Virus record (IMG/VR): IMGVR_UViG_3300037453_000152
DNA length: 64,000 nt
Strand: one strand, 5' to 3'
Origin: a virus
Taxonomy: Duplodnaviria; Heunggongvirae; Uroviricota; Caudoviricetes
Part shown: positions 52,813 to 63,413 of the stretch, piece by piece
How the letters are laid out: each line of letters starts with the position of its first letter
How positions within the stretch are numbered: position 1 is the stretch's first letter
The notes under the pieces: model-generated
Seen by the model: only the letters and a program-made list of their open reading frames with translations
Database searches by the model: none
What the model was told of the DNA's origin: nothing
Translations under genes and position numbers: made by a program

Positions 52813-53052
52813 TCATAATCCTAGTTGCTGCTTAAACGCAGCGAATTCTTTGTCGAAGTCGAGGCCTCTTTGCGCACACAGGTTACGAGCGACTTGTTCT
52901 ATCCCCTTACTATCTTTACTTTGCGCCATTTTTAGAAGGTTTTGTCCAATTGGACTATTACCTGCCTACTACTGGAGCATATTCATTACCATTACTTCTG
53001 GATTCCCGCCACTTTTCACCATTTGCATAAACTACATCAAAGGATTTACCAT
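52813..53052 (-). CDS. small hypothetical protein (3 in-frame TAG)
   Basis: RBS AGAGAGG then ATG at 53052. Ends TGA. Reads as MLQQQAGNS if TAG = Q. Confidence 0.4.
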
Positions 53053-53071
53053 TTAAGAAACCTCTCTTTCT

Positions 53072-53467
53072 TTAAAATTTGAATTCAAGATTAGAAGTTT
53101 GTTGGTCTTGAGTTTGATCAGAACTCTTTCCTACAAGATTAGCCTATGCTAATGCCTATTTAATTGACGTGAATGCTGTGTTAAATTCTTCTCTTGTCAC
53201 ATAATCTGAATTGGGATTAGGGACGGTTGGGATTTCCTTAATCTCATACATATTTAGTGACGCTGTGCCGTCAATGTTGCATTGTTTAGTATAAATTTTC
53301 CCGTTGGCCAAATCGGGGAAAAATGATACTGTCCCATCAAAATCAACGGCTGCTGCTCTTACTTCCTCCAGACTTGACACCGGGCGCCCTTTTAACCCGA
53401 GCAATTGCCGAGTCTAGGTGTTTGCGGCTGTTGGATAGTAATAATTTTGTGTTGGTTGATATGGCAT
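53072..53467 (-). CDS. hypothetical protein (131 aa, 3 in-frame TAG)
   Basis: RBS AAAAGGAGG then ATG at 53467. ORF 53156..53404 extended both ways. TAA at 53072. Confidence 0.5.
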
Positions 53468-53487
53468 TACTGACTAAACCTCCTTTT

Positions 53488-53592
53488 ACCAAAAATTCCC
53501 GGAAAGATTTACCAATTTCTTTCCAATGCTATATAATTTTTGCTTTCAATTAATTATAAGCGTTTGACCAAAATTTTCCGGAAATTTTTGGT
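53488..53592. promoter_or_regulatory. divergent intergenic region with two TTCCnGGAA-type palindromic operator-like sites flanking a -10-like TATATAAT
   Basis: ACCAAAAATTCCCGGAAA at 53488-53505 and its inverted copy TTCCGGAAATTTTTGGT at 53576-53592. Confidence 0.4.
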
Positions 53593-53692
53593 AAGGGGCA
53601 AAATTTTATAAAATACTTATCCGAATCCTTAATAGATATGAAAGGGACCAATATTTTCCAGCGAAAATAATTAATTAAAAGGAGGTTGAGAC

Positions 53693-54188
53693 ATGGAAGT
53701 GTTTGAATGGATTGCCAAATATTGGATAAACTGGCTATGCGCACTCGTGGCCGGCGGTGTCGCTTTATTTGCAAAACACTATGTAAAACTCCAGAAGAAG
53801 GCCATGGAAGACAAGTGGGCTGACAAGGAAAAAAATATGTGCGGCAAAATCATCTGTACACTTGAAGAAGAAATTTCAAAAGTTGAATAGCAATCCAAAG
53901 AAGAGGATTGTAAAATTAATGAAGAATTAGAGCATGTTAAAAAAGAAATTGATTCAATTTCAAATGGTATCCTTTCAATTCAAGGTAAACAATTTAGAGA
54001 TTATTGTGAATATCTCTTAACAACTGGTCACTATATTACCGTTGATGAATACGAAGAATTTGAATCAGACTATGAGGTTTATAAAGCACTTGGTGGAAAT
54101 CACAGGGGTGATGCGCTCCATGATAGAGTGGTAGATAAAGTAAAAACTCAAATGAAAGCCGCAGCAAACAATTTAAATAATCAATAAA
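53693..54188 (+). CDS. membrane protein with coiled-coil (1 in-frame TAG). Only plus-strand gene in the right structural block
   Basis: RBS AAGGAGG. ORF 53693..53890 continues past TAG to TAA at 54186. N-terminal TM helix. Confidence 0.5.
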
Positions 54189-54237
54189 AAAAAATAAGGG
54201 CGAGAGTCAATTAAGACTCTCGCCCTTATTTTTTTTG
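54186..54237. terminator. bidirectional rho-independent terminator
   Basis: GGGCGAGAGTC / GACTCTCGCCC hairpin flanked by A-run and T-run. Confidence 0.7.
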
Positions 54238-54620
54238 TTTTCTTTAACCGAAGCCTCAATTAAGGTTGTGATATAACCTTGTAAATCTCCAATAGCTTCG
54301 TTTAAATAAGTATAGGCTTCTTCGTTCAAAGAAGCAATTACGTTTTTATAAACCATTTCAAATGCTTGCTTTTGCGCTTCCAAATCAAAAGCATTTTTAT
54401 CTTTAAGCGCATCAACATAAGTTTGATTAATAGCAATTACATTCTTTGTAATTGTGTCTTGAAGCATATCAATATATTTTGCTTCAATTTCATTTTGTGT
54501 CTTTGTTTTTAATTCCTCTGCTTTTACGCGAACCCATTTAACAAAATAACTTGTTAAAACCGCGATAGCGGGAATTAAACAAACTTCAAAAAGTGAATTA
54601 AGTAATTGATTAATATCCAT
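54207..54620 (-). CDS. membrane protein with N-terminal TM and coiled-coil (holin- or spanin-like candidate)
   Basis: RBS AAGGAG. Intact ORF ending TGA inside the terminator. Confidence 0.5.
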   Translation of the reverse strand: MDINQLLNSLFEVCLIPAIAVLTSYFVKWVRVKAEELKTKTQNEIEAKYIDMLQDTITKNVIAINQTYVDALKDKNAFDLEAQKQAFEMVYKNVIASLNEEAYTYLNEAIGDLQGYITTLIEASVKENKKNKGESLN

Positions 54621-54638
54621 TTGTAATTATCTCCTTTT

Positions 54639-57098
54639 TTATAGCAAAGTAATAGTAAAAGGTATAAGCTAATAATTAGTATTAATTGCCGAATTATATA
54701 TTCTAGATACACTACTGCTAGTCGAATAAAAATAATAATCTTTCATACCTTCATCATAAAACATAAAGCCAACATCACCTACAGAAAAAGTTCTTTGAAG
54801 ATTTATTAGTTTTATAGTTCCACTATCTGTTACATACAACATTTTTGATACTGTTATAGCTGATTGACGATTTAATAAAAAATCTATTGGATAAGTATAT
54901 GAATCAAAATATGCCGATGTTGAAGAACCAGGTGACACATCATCAAAAGAAAGAAATATAATATTAACCGCTGAATATTTTGAAAGATCATCCATATCGA
55001 AGGTTGAATTATAACAGAGCCAACCTGCAGAAGGTGTAGTATACCTCTATATTAAATAATTGTTTGAAGCTTTCTCAATTGAACTTAAATTAGACATACT
55101 TATAAATGCATCTGAACTAGTTTTTATTGCAGCAAATGAAAAATATTCAACACTTCTATTTTGCCAGCTTGATGCAACATTGGTTCCATTTGAAACTAAT
55201 ATCTATCCAGCGGTTCCAGAAGTTGGTATTAAATCACCTTTAATACCAGCCGGCACTGTCATTATGCCAGTTGACATGTTAATAGTTGGTTTCTTAGTTC
55301 CATTATTAATATTAGAAATTACACCATAGGTGCTTGCATAAGAACTTGTATGGTTTAATGGACTAGTGCTCACGCTTGATGTTTTCGCGCCAGTAAGGAT
55401 TGGAAAATCTACATCAGTATTATATGCATAGGTTCTCATAATAGTATTAGTATTAGCATCAGAGCCCCAAGCAGGAACACCACTACTATTTATTTTTAAA
55501 ACCTAACCTTCTGTTCCTACGGGTAAACGAGCAGGAGTTCCGGAATCAGACCAATAAATAATATCGCCTGCGGCAGTACCAATAGAATTTGGAATATAAG
55601 TGCTTGTAATTGTATTGCCAGAACCATCTTTTCCAGCTTTAAGATTTGCGGTTGTAATAGCAGTTATGCGGCCGTTGGCTGCAACATATACTGCCGTATC
55701 AGTATCACCAACTTTTTCAGTTCCAGCGGTATGCGCCAAATAGCCATTACCTCCATAATTAGGTAAATACATAGTTCTACTCGTTGTACTATTTAAAGCA
55801 CTCATTAATGCAGTATATGCTTTATTAGGTCCATATAAATAAATTGCGCCTTTTGCGTTATTTGCAGTTCCACTGGCGGTAGCATTACCCAAAGATAATC
55901 CACCTATTCCATCAACGCTGGCAGTACCCGCTGTTACTAAATATAAATTACCATATTTTACAGCATTTGTATCTTCAACCTAAAATCCAGATACACCTGA
56001 ATTACTTGCAGCATCCGTTTGAGTATGGAAAAATTTGGCATAAACGTTATTCCAAATATTTGTTTTTGTAACGCCAATATCTAATACACCAGTCTAACCA
56101 GTTTCTGGATGAAAATGTCCTGTTGTAGAAAATCTAGCTCTCATAGTATCGCCTGTTGTAAAAATAATAGAAGCAGATGTCTCTGCTGTACCAGAAGCCA
56201 AGTATAAAGTACTTGACGATCTTATAATTTTACCAGCCACAGAACTACTATTTAATGTATAAGCGCCACCAATGTTTAAATTTGCGCCAACTTGTATTCC
56301 GCCATTAACATAAAGTTTTTCACCACTGCTATTAGAAGTTGCTCCAATAGCTAAACTACCATTTGCTCCTAAGTGACTTAATCCACCTAATTTAAAAACT
56401 ATCTAATTAGTAGATGAACTAGTACTTGGATTAATAATAAATGTACCGGCAGTAGTATTAGCAGTTAATGCTAAATACTATGTACTAGTACTTCCAAAAA
56501 CAATCTACGAAGTATTTCCTGTTCCAGAACTAGCTACACCAGGTAAGTAAATATGACCAAAATTTGTTAAAGAAGATGGCACACCAGTATGACCATTATA
56601 AACATCTCCACCAGCGTATTGTAAATATAAACCACTAACTGCTGCACTATTAGCAGTTAAAGCCTACATTCCATTATATCCTAAATCTAAATGTGTATCA
56701 TTATCTGGACCAAGACGTAATCCATAATTGTCGTCCAAAGTAGCAAAACCATCATGATTTATTCCCTAAATTCTACCATTTTTATATACTCTAAATAAGT
56801 CATTATTACTATGAAGACCAATAGAAAGAAAATTATTATTATTATTACTTCCAGCATAATAATATCCAAGATATCCTGAATTACCTGCGGCGGCTTCTTT
56901 ACCCAATCTAATAGTACTATGCGAACCAGTTGCCATATTAGGAGTAAAATAAGAAATACCATTCTAATAACTTCCGTTCTCAATGGTAGCCGTATTTTCA
57001 GCTGTTATAATTGGATTTGTTGTATTTGCGCTAAATCGTGCTATATTAAGAAAACGAGAAGCACCATTAACTATTAAATCTTTTAACTGAGCGATAAG
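54639..57098 (-). CDS. tail fibre protein (~800 aa, ~13 in-frame TAG). Start unresolved
   Basis: One frame is open from the TGA at 57099-57101 down to TAA at 54639, joining ORFs 55503..55892, 55203..55439 and 54669..54995. First in-frame ATG is at 56936. Confidence 0.55.
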
Positions 57099-57158
57099 TC
57101 ACTCCTCCTCTCATAATATTTTTCTTTTATTTTAGCAAAAATATTTTTAGAAGTCAAA

Positions 57159-57728
57159 TCAATATTCATAAAGTTCTGCCCCCTATGCAACATTATTTTC
57201 AAAAAATGCTTTTGGTTTACTAATTCTTGCATAAAGAGCAAGATATTTTGTACATACCCCAGTAGCGTCATTAGACCCAAAACCAGGAATTCCAGTTTTA
57301 CCGCCGGTAGAATAGGACGAGTAGCTGCCGCAAGCATTCCACCATGGAGAAGTAGAAGATATTGCCAAAGCAGCTTTCTAAGAATTTTTACATATTCCAT
57401 TTCTGACCGTTCCAGAGATTAATATAAAATCAGTAATTGCAGTTGTTGTCCATGGAGCATTCGTCTATGTCCAACGATGTTCAACTCCATCTTGAATAAC
57501 ATAAAATTCATATTTATTATCATATACAAAACTATCAATCCACTATAATCTACTAAATAAGCCAAAATTGTTACAATAGCCACAATTATCAGATGTAAAT
57601 AAATTATTTCCATTGTCAACATAGTGGAATAATAATAATTGCCAATTAGAACCATCAGGTAGTGATATGAATGATTCAATTGACTAATTTCCTTTTAAAA
57701 TTCCAGTTTTTGAAATATTTAATGCCAT
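57159..57728 (-). CDS. hypothetical protein (189 aa, 5 in-frame TAG)
   Basis: TAATG overlap with the upstream gene. Includes ORF 57183..57368. Ends TGA at 57159. Confidence 0.45.
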
Positions 57729-59575
57729 TATTCCACCAACTCTCTTGCATAAACGTTTCCAGCAGCATCTATTGCCATTGAAGTATTATAAAGTTCTTTA
57801 ACTTGCGCTTCTGTTAATGCGGTAGCATAAACTCGAACATCAGACATTTTTCCATTAAAATAATTAGTATTTGGATTGCCAGAATTTGAACTTAAACCAG
57901 TACCTATAAAAAGCACCGATGTTGATTTATAATATAATGGCACTTTTTCACTATAAGGTGTTATTGTTGTATCTGGGTTTCCATCAATATATAAAACTCC
58001 AATTTTACCATCATATGTGACCATAAAATGATGCCATCCAGAACTTAAACTACTCCACGTTGTGTTACTTACTATATTTTTATATGTATTTGAAGATTCT
58101 CCAGTTCCTAAATAAATATAAATTTTATCTGATGAAGATGAAAAACACCAACCCGATGAATCAGCACAAGCCATGAGTCTTGAGTTTGTAGAATAATTGC
58201 TCCAATTATCCATATATGCCCAACATCCAAAAGAAATAGCATCTCTAACAAGAGCACCTTTTCCAGCATTAATGGCAGAACTGCTAAAGCCCGTTGCACT
58301 TTCATATCTTGAAGAACCTGTAATAGCGGTTAAGGTGTTATAAACTATAGTGCCATTATTGCCATATCCAGAAGAATCATAGATTGTTGTTGGAGTTCTA
58401 GTAGTCTGTGCCGGAGTCCAAGCAGTACGATGGTCTTTTGCTTCAACCTAAATCTAAGATATAGAATATTCTGTATCTACTTCAACATTATTAGTAAAAT
58501 AAAATTTTAATTGTAAATTATCATCATCATTATATAATGTAGATGGAACTGTTATAGTGCCAGCAATATATCCAACAGCCCCAGGCTATATATCAAAAGT
58601 ATCTAGCGCAAGTCTTGTCCAACTTGACCATCCACTTGTTAATCTATATCTCTACTTAAGATATTTTGCAGAAGTACCAGTATTATTATCTATAAATACA
58701 GAAATTGTATAAGTTCCTTCTGATGTTAATTTAGCAATATAAAAATTACTTCCTACATCCTTTCCAGATGTTATTACACCTGAATAAGTATCTATTTTAG
58801 ATAGATTTGTAGTTACTTCGCAACTCATGTCATCTAATTTATAATGTAATACTAATCCCTTGCTTAATTCTTCCACTTCTTTTGGAGAAAGCGCATGGTC
58901 ATAAATGCGCACATCATTAAAATATTCTTTTAAACAAATTCTTTGTTGTGCTATATTACTTGCATTATGATAGCTATTAGCCCTATTTAATCCAACCACT
59001 ATGTTTTGACTTGAAGAATTTAAAGCACTTCGTGTAACCGTCTTAGCACCCTTTAATTCTCCATTTATATAAAAACTTAAAACATTATTTTTACTAAAAG
59101 TCACAGCCATATGATACCATTTATCTAAATCAATAATTTCTGCATCTGGACCATTTATACTGGTTCCATCTGTTCTAGATGCAGCTCTGACAGAAACCTA
59201 ATTTAAGACAGTTGAATTTGTTAAACCACCTGCAGTTAATAACTACAAACATATCCCACTACTTGTTGAATTGCCATTTAATCCCATAATTTTATTTGTG
59301 ATTTGGTTTTGTGTAGAAAAATCACGAGTAGAAATATCATTATTTAAATAATCTTTATCAATTTTTACCCATAAAGCATAACTAATTTCTGTTCCAGTAG
59401 TAGAATAAACATTGGTATCTGCGTTTGGTATTCCTAAATCCAATGAACTAGTCAATTCCAAACATTTTCCCAATTTACCATTGTTATTAAAAGTTAATGA
59501 AGATGATAAAGAATTGCTTTTTAAACCCTAACTAACTCCATTATTGATAAAGGGGAACCAATATAATAAACTCAT
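57728..59575 (-). CDS. receptor-binding/tail fibre protein with two laminin-G-like (concanavalin-type) domains (615 aa, 8 in-frame TAG)
   Basis: RBS AAGGGGGG then ATG at 59575. ORFs 59243..59473, 58652..59110 and 57728..58213 are in one frame. LamG motifs DVRIYDHALSPKEVEEL and DVRVYATALTEAQVKELY. Confidence 0.6.
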
Positions 59576-61491
59576 GATGTAGCCCCCCTTGGAGAAGTAG
59601 TGCCATCGGCATTTACTATCATTGAAGTATTATAAAGTTCTTGAACCTATGCTGCGCTTAGCGCAGTTGAATAAACCCTAATGTCGGAGAGTTTTCCTTT
59701 TAATTGATAACCAATCATATTTACACTATTACTATTAATATTATCAACACGATTTCCTTTAATAAATTGTGTAGAACTGCTTCTATCCGTAGTGACTCCT
59801 TGCTAACCATTTTTATAAATTGTAAATATACCATCTTTAAATGTTATAATATAATGTGTCCATGTATTTAAAGCTACTGTACCAGTAGGAGCCCATCCCC
59901 CAGTTCCATCAGACTAATTTGCCCAAGTAACCATTATTCTTTCTTTATAATCTGAACTACTACTTATTCTTATACTCATACCGGATCTTATTATATAATA
60001 ATCTTTATTTGTGGTATCTTCTGTTTTATAAATCCAAAAAGATATTGTCTCCTCTGACATTAATCCATCTGCTTGATTTACTAATGGTAGGATTGGACCA
60101 ATGTCATTTGTTCCATCAAAAACAGTTGCCACATCATACCGCGGAGAACCTACGGTCGCAGTTAAAGCTCCGTTGATAGTACCATTACGCACACATCCAG
60201 AAGAATCATATACTGTTCCTGTAATAGTTAAGGTTGGTCCAGCAACAAAATCACCTGTTCCAGCGTTTGTCAAAAATGTTCTAGTAATTATATCATATAA
60301 ACCAAGAACATTATCAGATAATCTTTTAGCCGGTACAAGTTTTTGAATACAAACTCCATTGTCATAGGTATCAAAATAATAAATTCTTGAATAACTTTTT
60401 GTTACAGTACTAGGAGGATTTGGACCACTTCCAAAAAGTTTCATTGTAGTGGCATTTTCATCTCCTGTATCTGCAAAAGCAACTGTACTACTGCGTTCAA
60501 TATTCAGTGTTAAATTTTTTAAATAAAATCCGCTTTTTGATATTTTTCCTTCAATAATATTATCCGTCATATCAGAATCCGGAGCAATTGTTGAAAATTT
60601 CCAGCCACTTGTGTTGGTTCTAAAATATAGTAATATTCCAGTTGCAGAACCATCATTAACAATCAAACGCGTTGTTTTATCTGAACTAGTGCCGGTATAT
60701 GCTCCAAAAGGTCCATTATATGCAACATGATCTCTTAACATATATTTAAACCTATATTCAAAATCATCTTCTGGTACAATGCCAGTATCTATCCATTGCG
60801 TTTTTGCACTAGTAGATTCTATATATTCTAATTGCTAATATCCAGGAGGAACAAGAACTTGATTCTCTCCCGCTAATTGATACCAAGCGACTAATCCTTT
60901 AGAAATTTCTTCTACTTCTTTTGCGGAAAGTGCATGGTCGTAAATGCGCACATCATTTAACAAGCCTTTATACCATATACTATCTCCACCTCTGCATCCG
61001 CAATACGCGTATAAAACATCTGAAGCCGTTAAACTTGTAACATTGCTTGTAGATGTTGCTTTTTGCTATCCATCAATATATAGTATAAATTTATTAGTAT
61101 CTAGTGTTAACGCATAGTGATGCCAGCTATTTATATATGAAGAAATATTATATTCTATTCCTACTGTATTTCCTCTAAAATAAACTCTTAACTTATTATC
61201 GGCTGGCTTATAATGTAACTAACAAGCATTAGAACCTACGAAACTTAATCCACAAATGTATCCAGTTGATGACTGTGTAGAATCAATTTTTGCCCAAACA
61301 GCGACACTCAGCTTTGTGAAATTGATACTAGGCAATTGTCCATAACATTTAGAACTACTTCCATTAAAACTATAACATTGACCAATCTTTCCGCTATTAT
61401 CAACCGTTAAATTATTACCAGTCATAGTCACCTGCGCTAAACCTTGATTATGTAAATCCCCATTAAGGGGTAACCAAACTTGTAAACTCAT
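59572..61491 (-). CDS. receptor-binding/tail fibre protein with LamG-like domains, paralogue of the previous gene (639 aa, 6 in-frame TAG)
   Basis: RBS AGGGGGTAA then ATG at 61491. ORFs 61219..61491 and 59914..60741 are in one frame. LNDVRIYDHALSAKEVEEISKG and IRVYSTALSAA(TAG)VQELY. Ends TGA overlapping the next ATG. Confidence 0.6.
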
Positions 61492-61505
61492 TTCATTACC
61501 CCCTA

Positions 61506-63392
61506 TTAAGTAAATACAAAATTAAGAACTTCATTAGTGCTATCATATACTAATTGAATATTTTTAGCACTTGCGGCATCCGCAGAAGTGTCACCGTTTA
61601 ATTTAATTATAGCCACTTCTGGAGTGCTATTATAAGTTGCAGCATCTGTTACCAAAGTATCTGCCCAATATAAATTTGGTAATCCAGAAAATGGTAAATT
61701 TGTTAATGCTGCGCCAGAACCAGCAAATTTTCTAGCTGTTAAAATACCACTAGTTGCATAAACTTGATCATCACTATATGTTTGCGGGTTTGCGGCTTGG
61801 CTTGTCGCCCCAATTAAATATATTTTACTTGAGGTGTCTGTTGAACCAGCGGTGTTTTTTGTATCAGTAAATACCGCATCTGATGGAACGCTTTTCTCCA
61901 ATGAATATGTTGTCGCTGTGACCATACCGAGGTTATCAACATAAACTGGTTGAGTTGTGCTTCCAATTCCCGCAGTATTAGACCTTACAATATTTAGCCA
62001 ATCATTCCATGTAGAACTACCATTTCGCTGGCGCATTAAGAAGCGCTAAGTAGACCCTAGCGCGAACTAAGCATCATAATTTGAACTACTATGATAACCT
62101 CTTACATTATATAATTTAAAACCAGAGACTGTAGTAGGAACCGTCCCCAATAAAGACTATGATATAACAGATGAACCAGAATAAAAAGTCCCATAGTCTA
62201 AACTATCAACGTTGCTAGAATTAGTAATTAAGGCTGTTCCTTGTTCAGTAATAGATGGTCCTCCAAGCGCTGTAAGCGCAGCTAATGCTTCAGTCTATCC
62301 AGTGCCTCCACTTTCTATTGGTATAATCTTTTTTACAAAAGTTGAAGTTGGATTAGTTAAAGTTAATGTTGTTGCAGCTGGAGCACTTGATCCAATAGAT
62401 TCAATCGCATTAGTTTTTGAATCTTGAAGATAGCAATTTGCTAACCAATAAGTGATCGAAGTACCATTCGGCGTTACTTTTATATATAAATAATTTTTTG
62501 TAACAGAATCTTCAGTTACAGACCCCATCATAGCTTGCATACTACTAATCTAATTAAATGGATCTGTATAACAACATGGATATGTAGTATTAAAACCACT
62601 TTTATTAAAATAAATATTAAAACTAATTGAAGCTAGGTAAGATGCTGCAGACCCTAATAATGTGCCAGAAACACGCTTATAAGCTGCCCCTGTTGGAATT
62701 TCTATATTGGTTTTTATGTAAAAATCGTCAGTTCCAGTATAAGTAGAGTAGAAACCCTCGCCAACCATAGCAGCTGTATTAATAGCGGTAATTCTACCGT
62801 TAGCAGCGACATAAACGGGTTGAGTTGTACTTCCAACTGCTCCACCGTGTTCCATATAAACAGCGCCATCAATATTGTGCTCTATTTTGGCCCAGTCATT
62901 ATTAACAACTGCGCTTCCAGAAGAAGGACCGTCATTAATAGCAATAATTAAATCCCCAACTTCACAGTACTCTCCTGCGTATGTCCCAGCATCTGCTACA
63001 CGATAAGTCCAACCTGCGCTATAACCAGTCGCAGGTAAAGAAGTTATAACCTGATTTGAACCAATAACTCCTTTAAATACCATTGCGTCATTTGCGGCAA
63101 AAGCGTCATAAACAAACTCTGTTGTTGCCAACTTTGTGCTTCGATCTCCTGCTGCAGGAGTTAAAGCCGTAGGCGACTAAGAAAAACTAACTGGACCAGT
63201 TGCCAATAGTGAACCAACAGTTGCATTTGATATTGTAGTCTAATTACTCAGTGTTGTATTACCAACTACGGTCAAAGTTCCGGATAAATCTAAATCTGAG
63301 CCATAAATTTTCCATTTCTTATTGGAATCGCCAAGACTGTACGTATCAGTTGTACTTGGTATTAAACTCGCTTTAAAAGTTAAATTAGCCAT
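61506..63392 (-). CDS. tail fibre protein (628 aa, 7 in-frame TAG)
   Basis: RBS AAAGGAGG then ATG at 63392. ORFs 62550..63131, 62295..62540 and 61506..62036 are in one frame. SGGTG(TAG)TEALAALTALGG fibre motif. Repeated YVAANGRITAI motif. Confidence 0.6.
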
Positions 63393-63413
63393 GTCTTAGA
63401 ATTCCTCCTTTCA

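Noticed and set aside
56759-56983. Track ORF 56759..56983 (MRTEVIRMVFLILLLI...)
   Set aside because: It is an off-frame ORF inside the long fibre gene at 54639-57098. It looks hydrophobic because of codon bias.
57083-57679. Track ORFs 57083..57400 and 57419..57679 (Leu/Ile-rich, minus strand)
   Set aside because: They lie in the wrong frame of the TAG-recoded gene at 57159-57728. Their composition is an antisense or off-frame artefact of AT-rich DNA.
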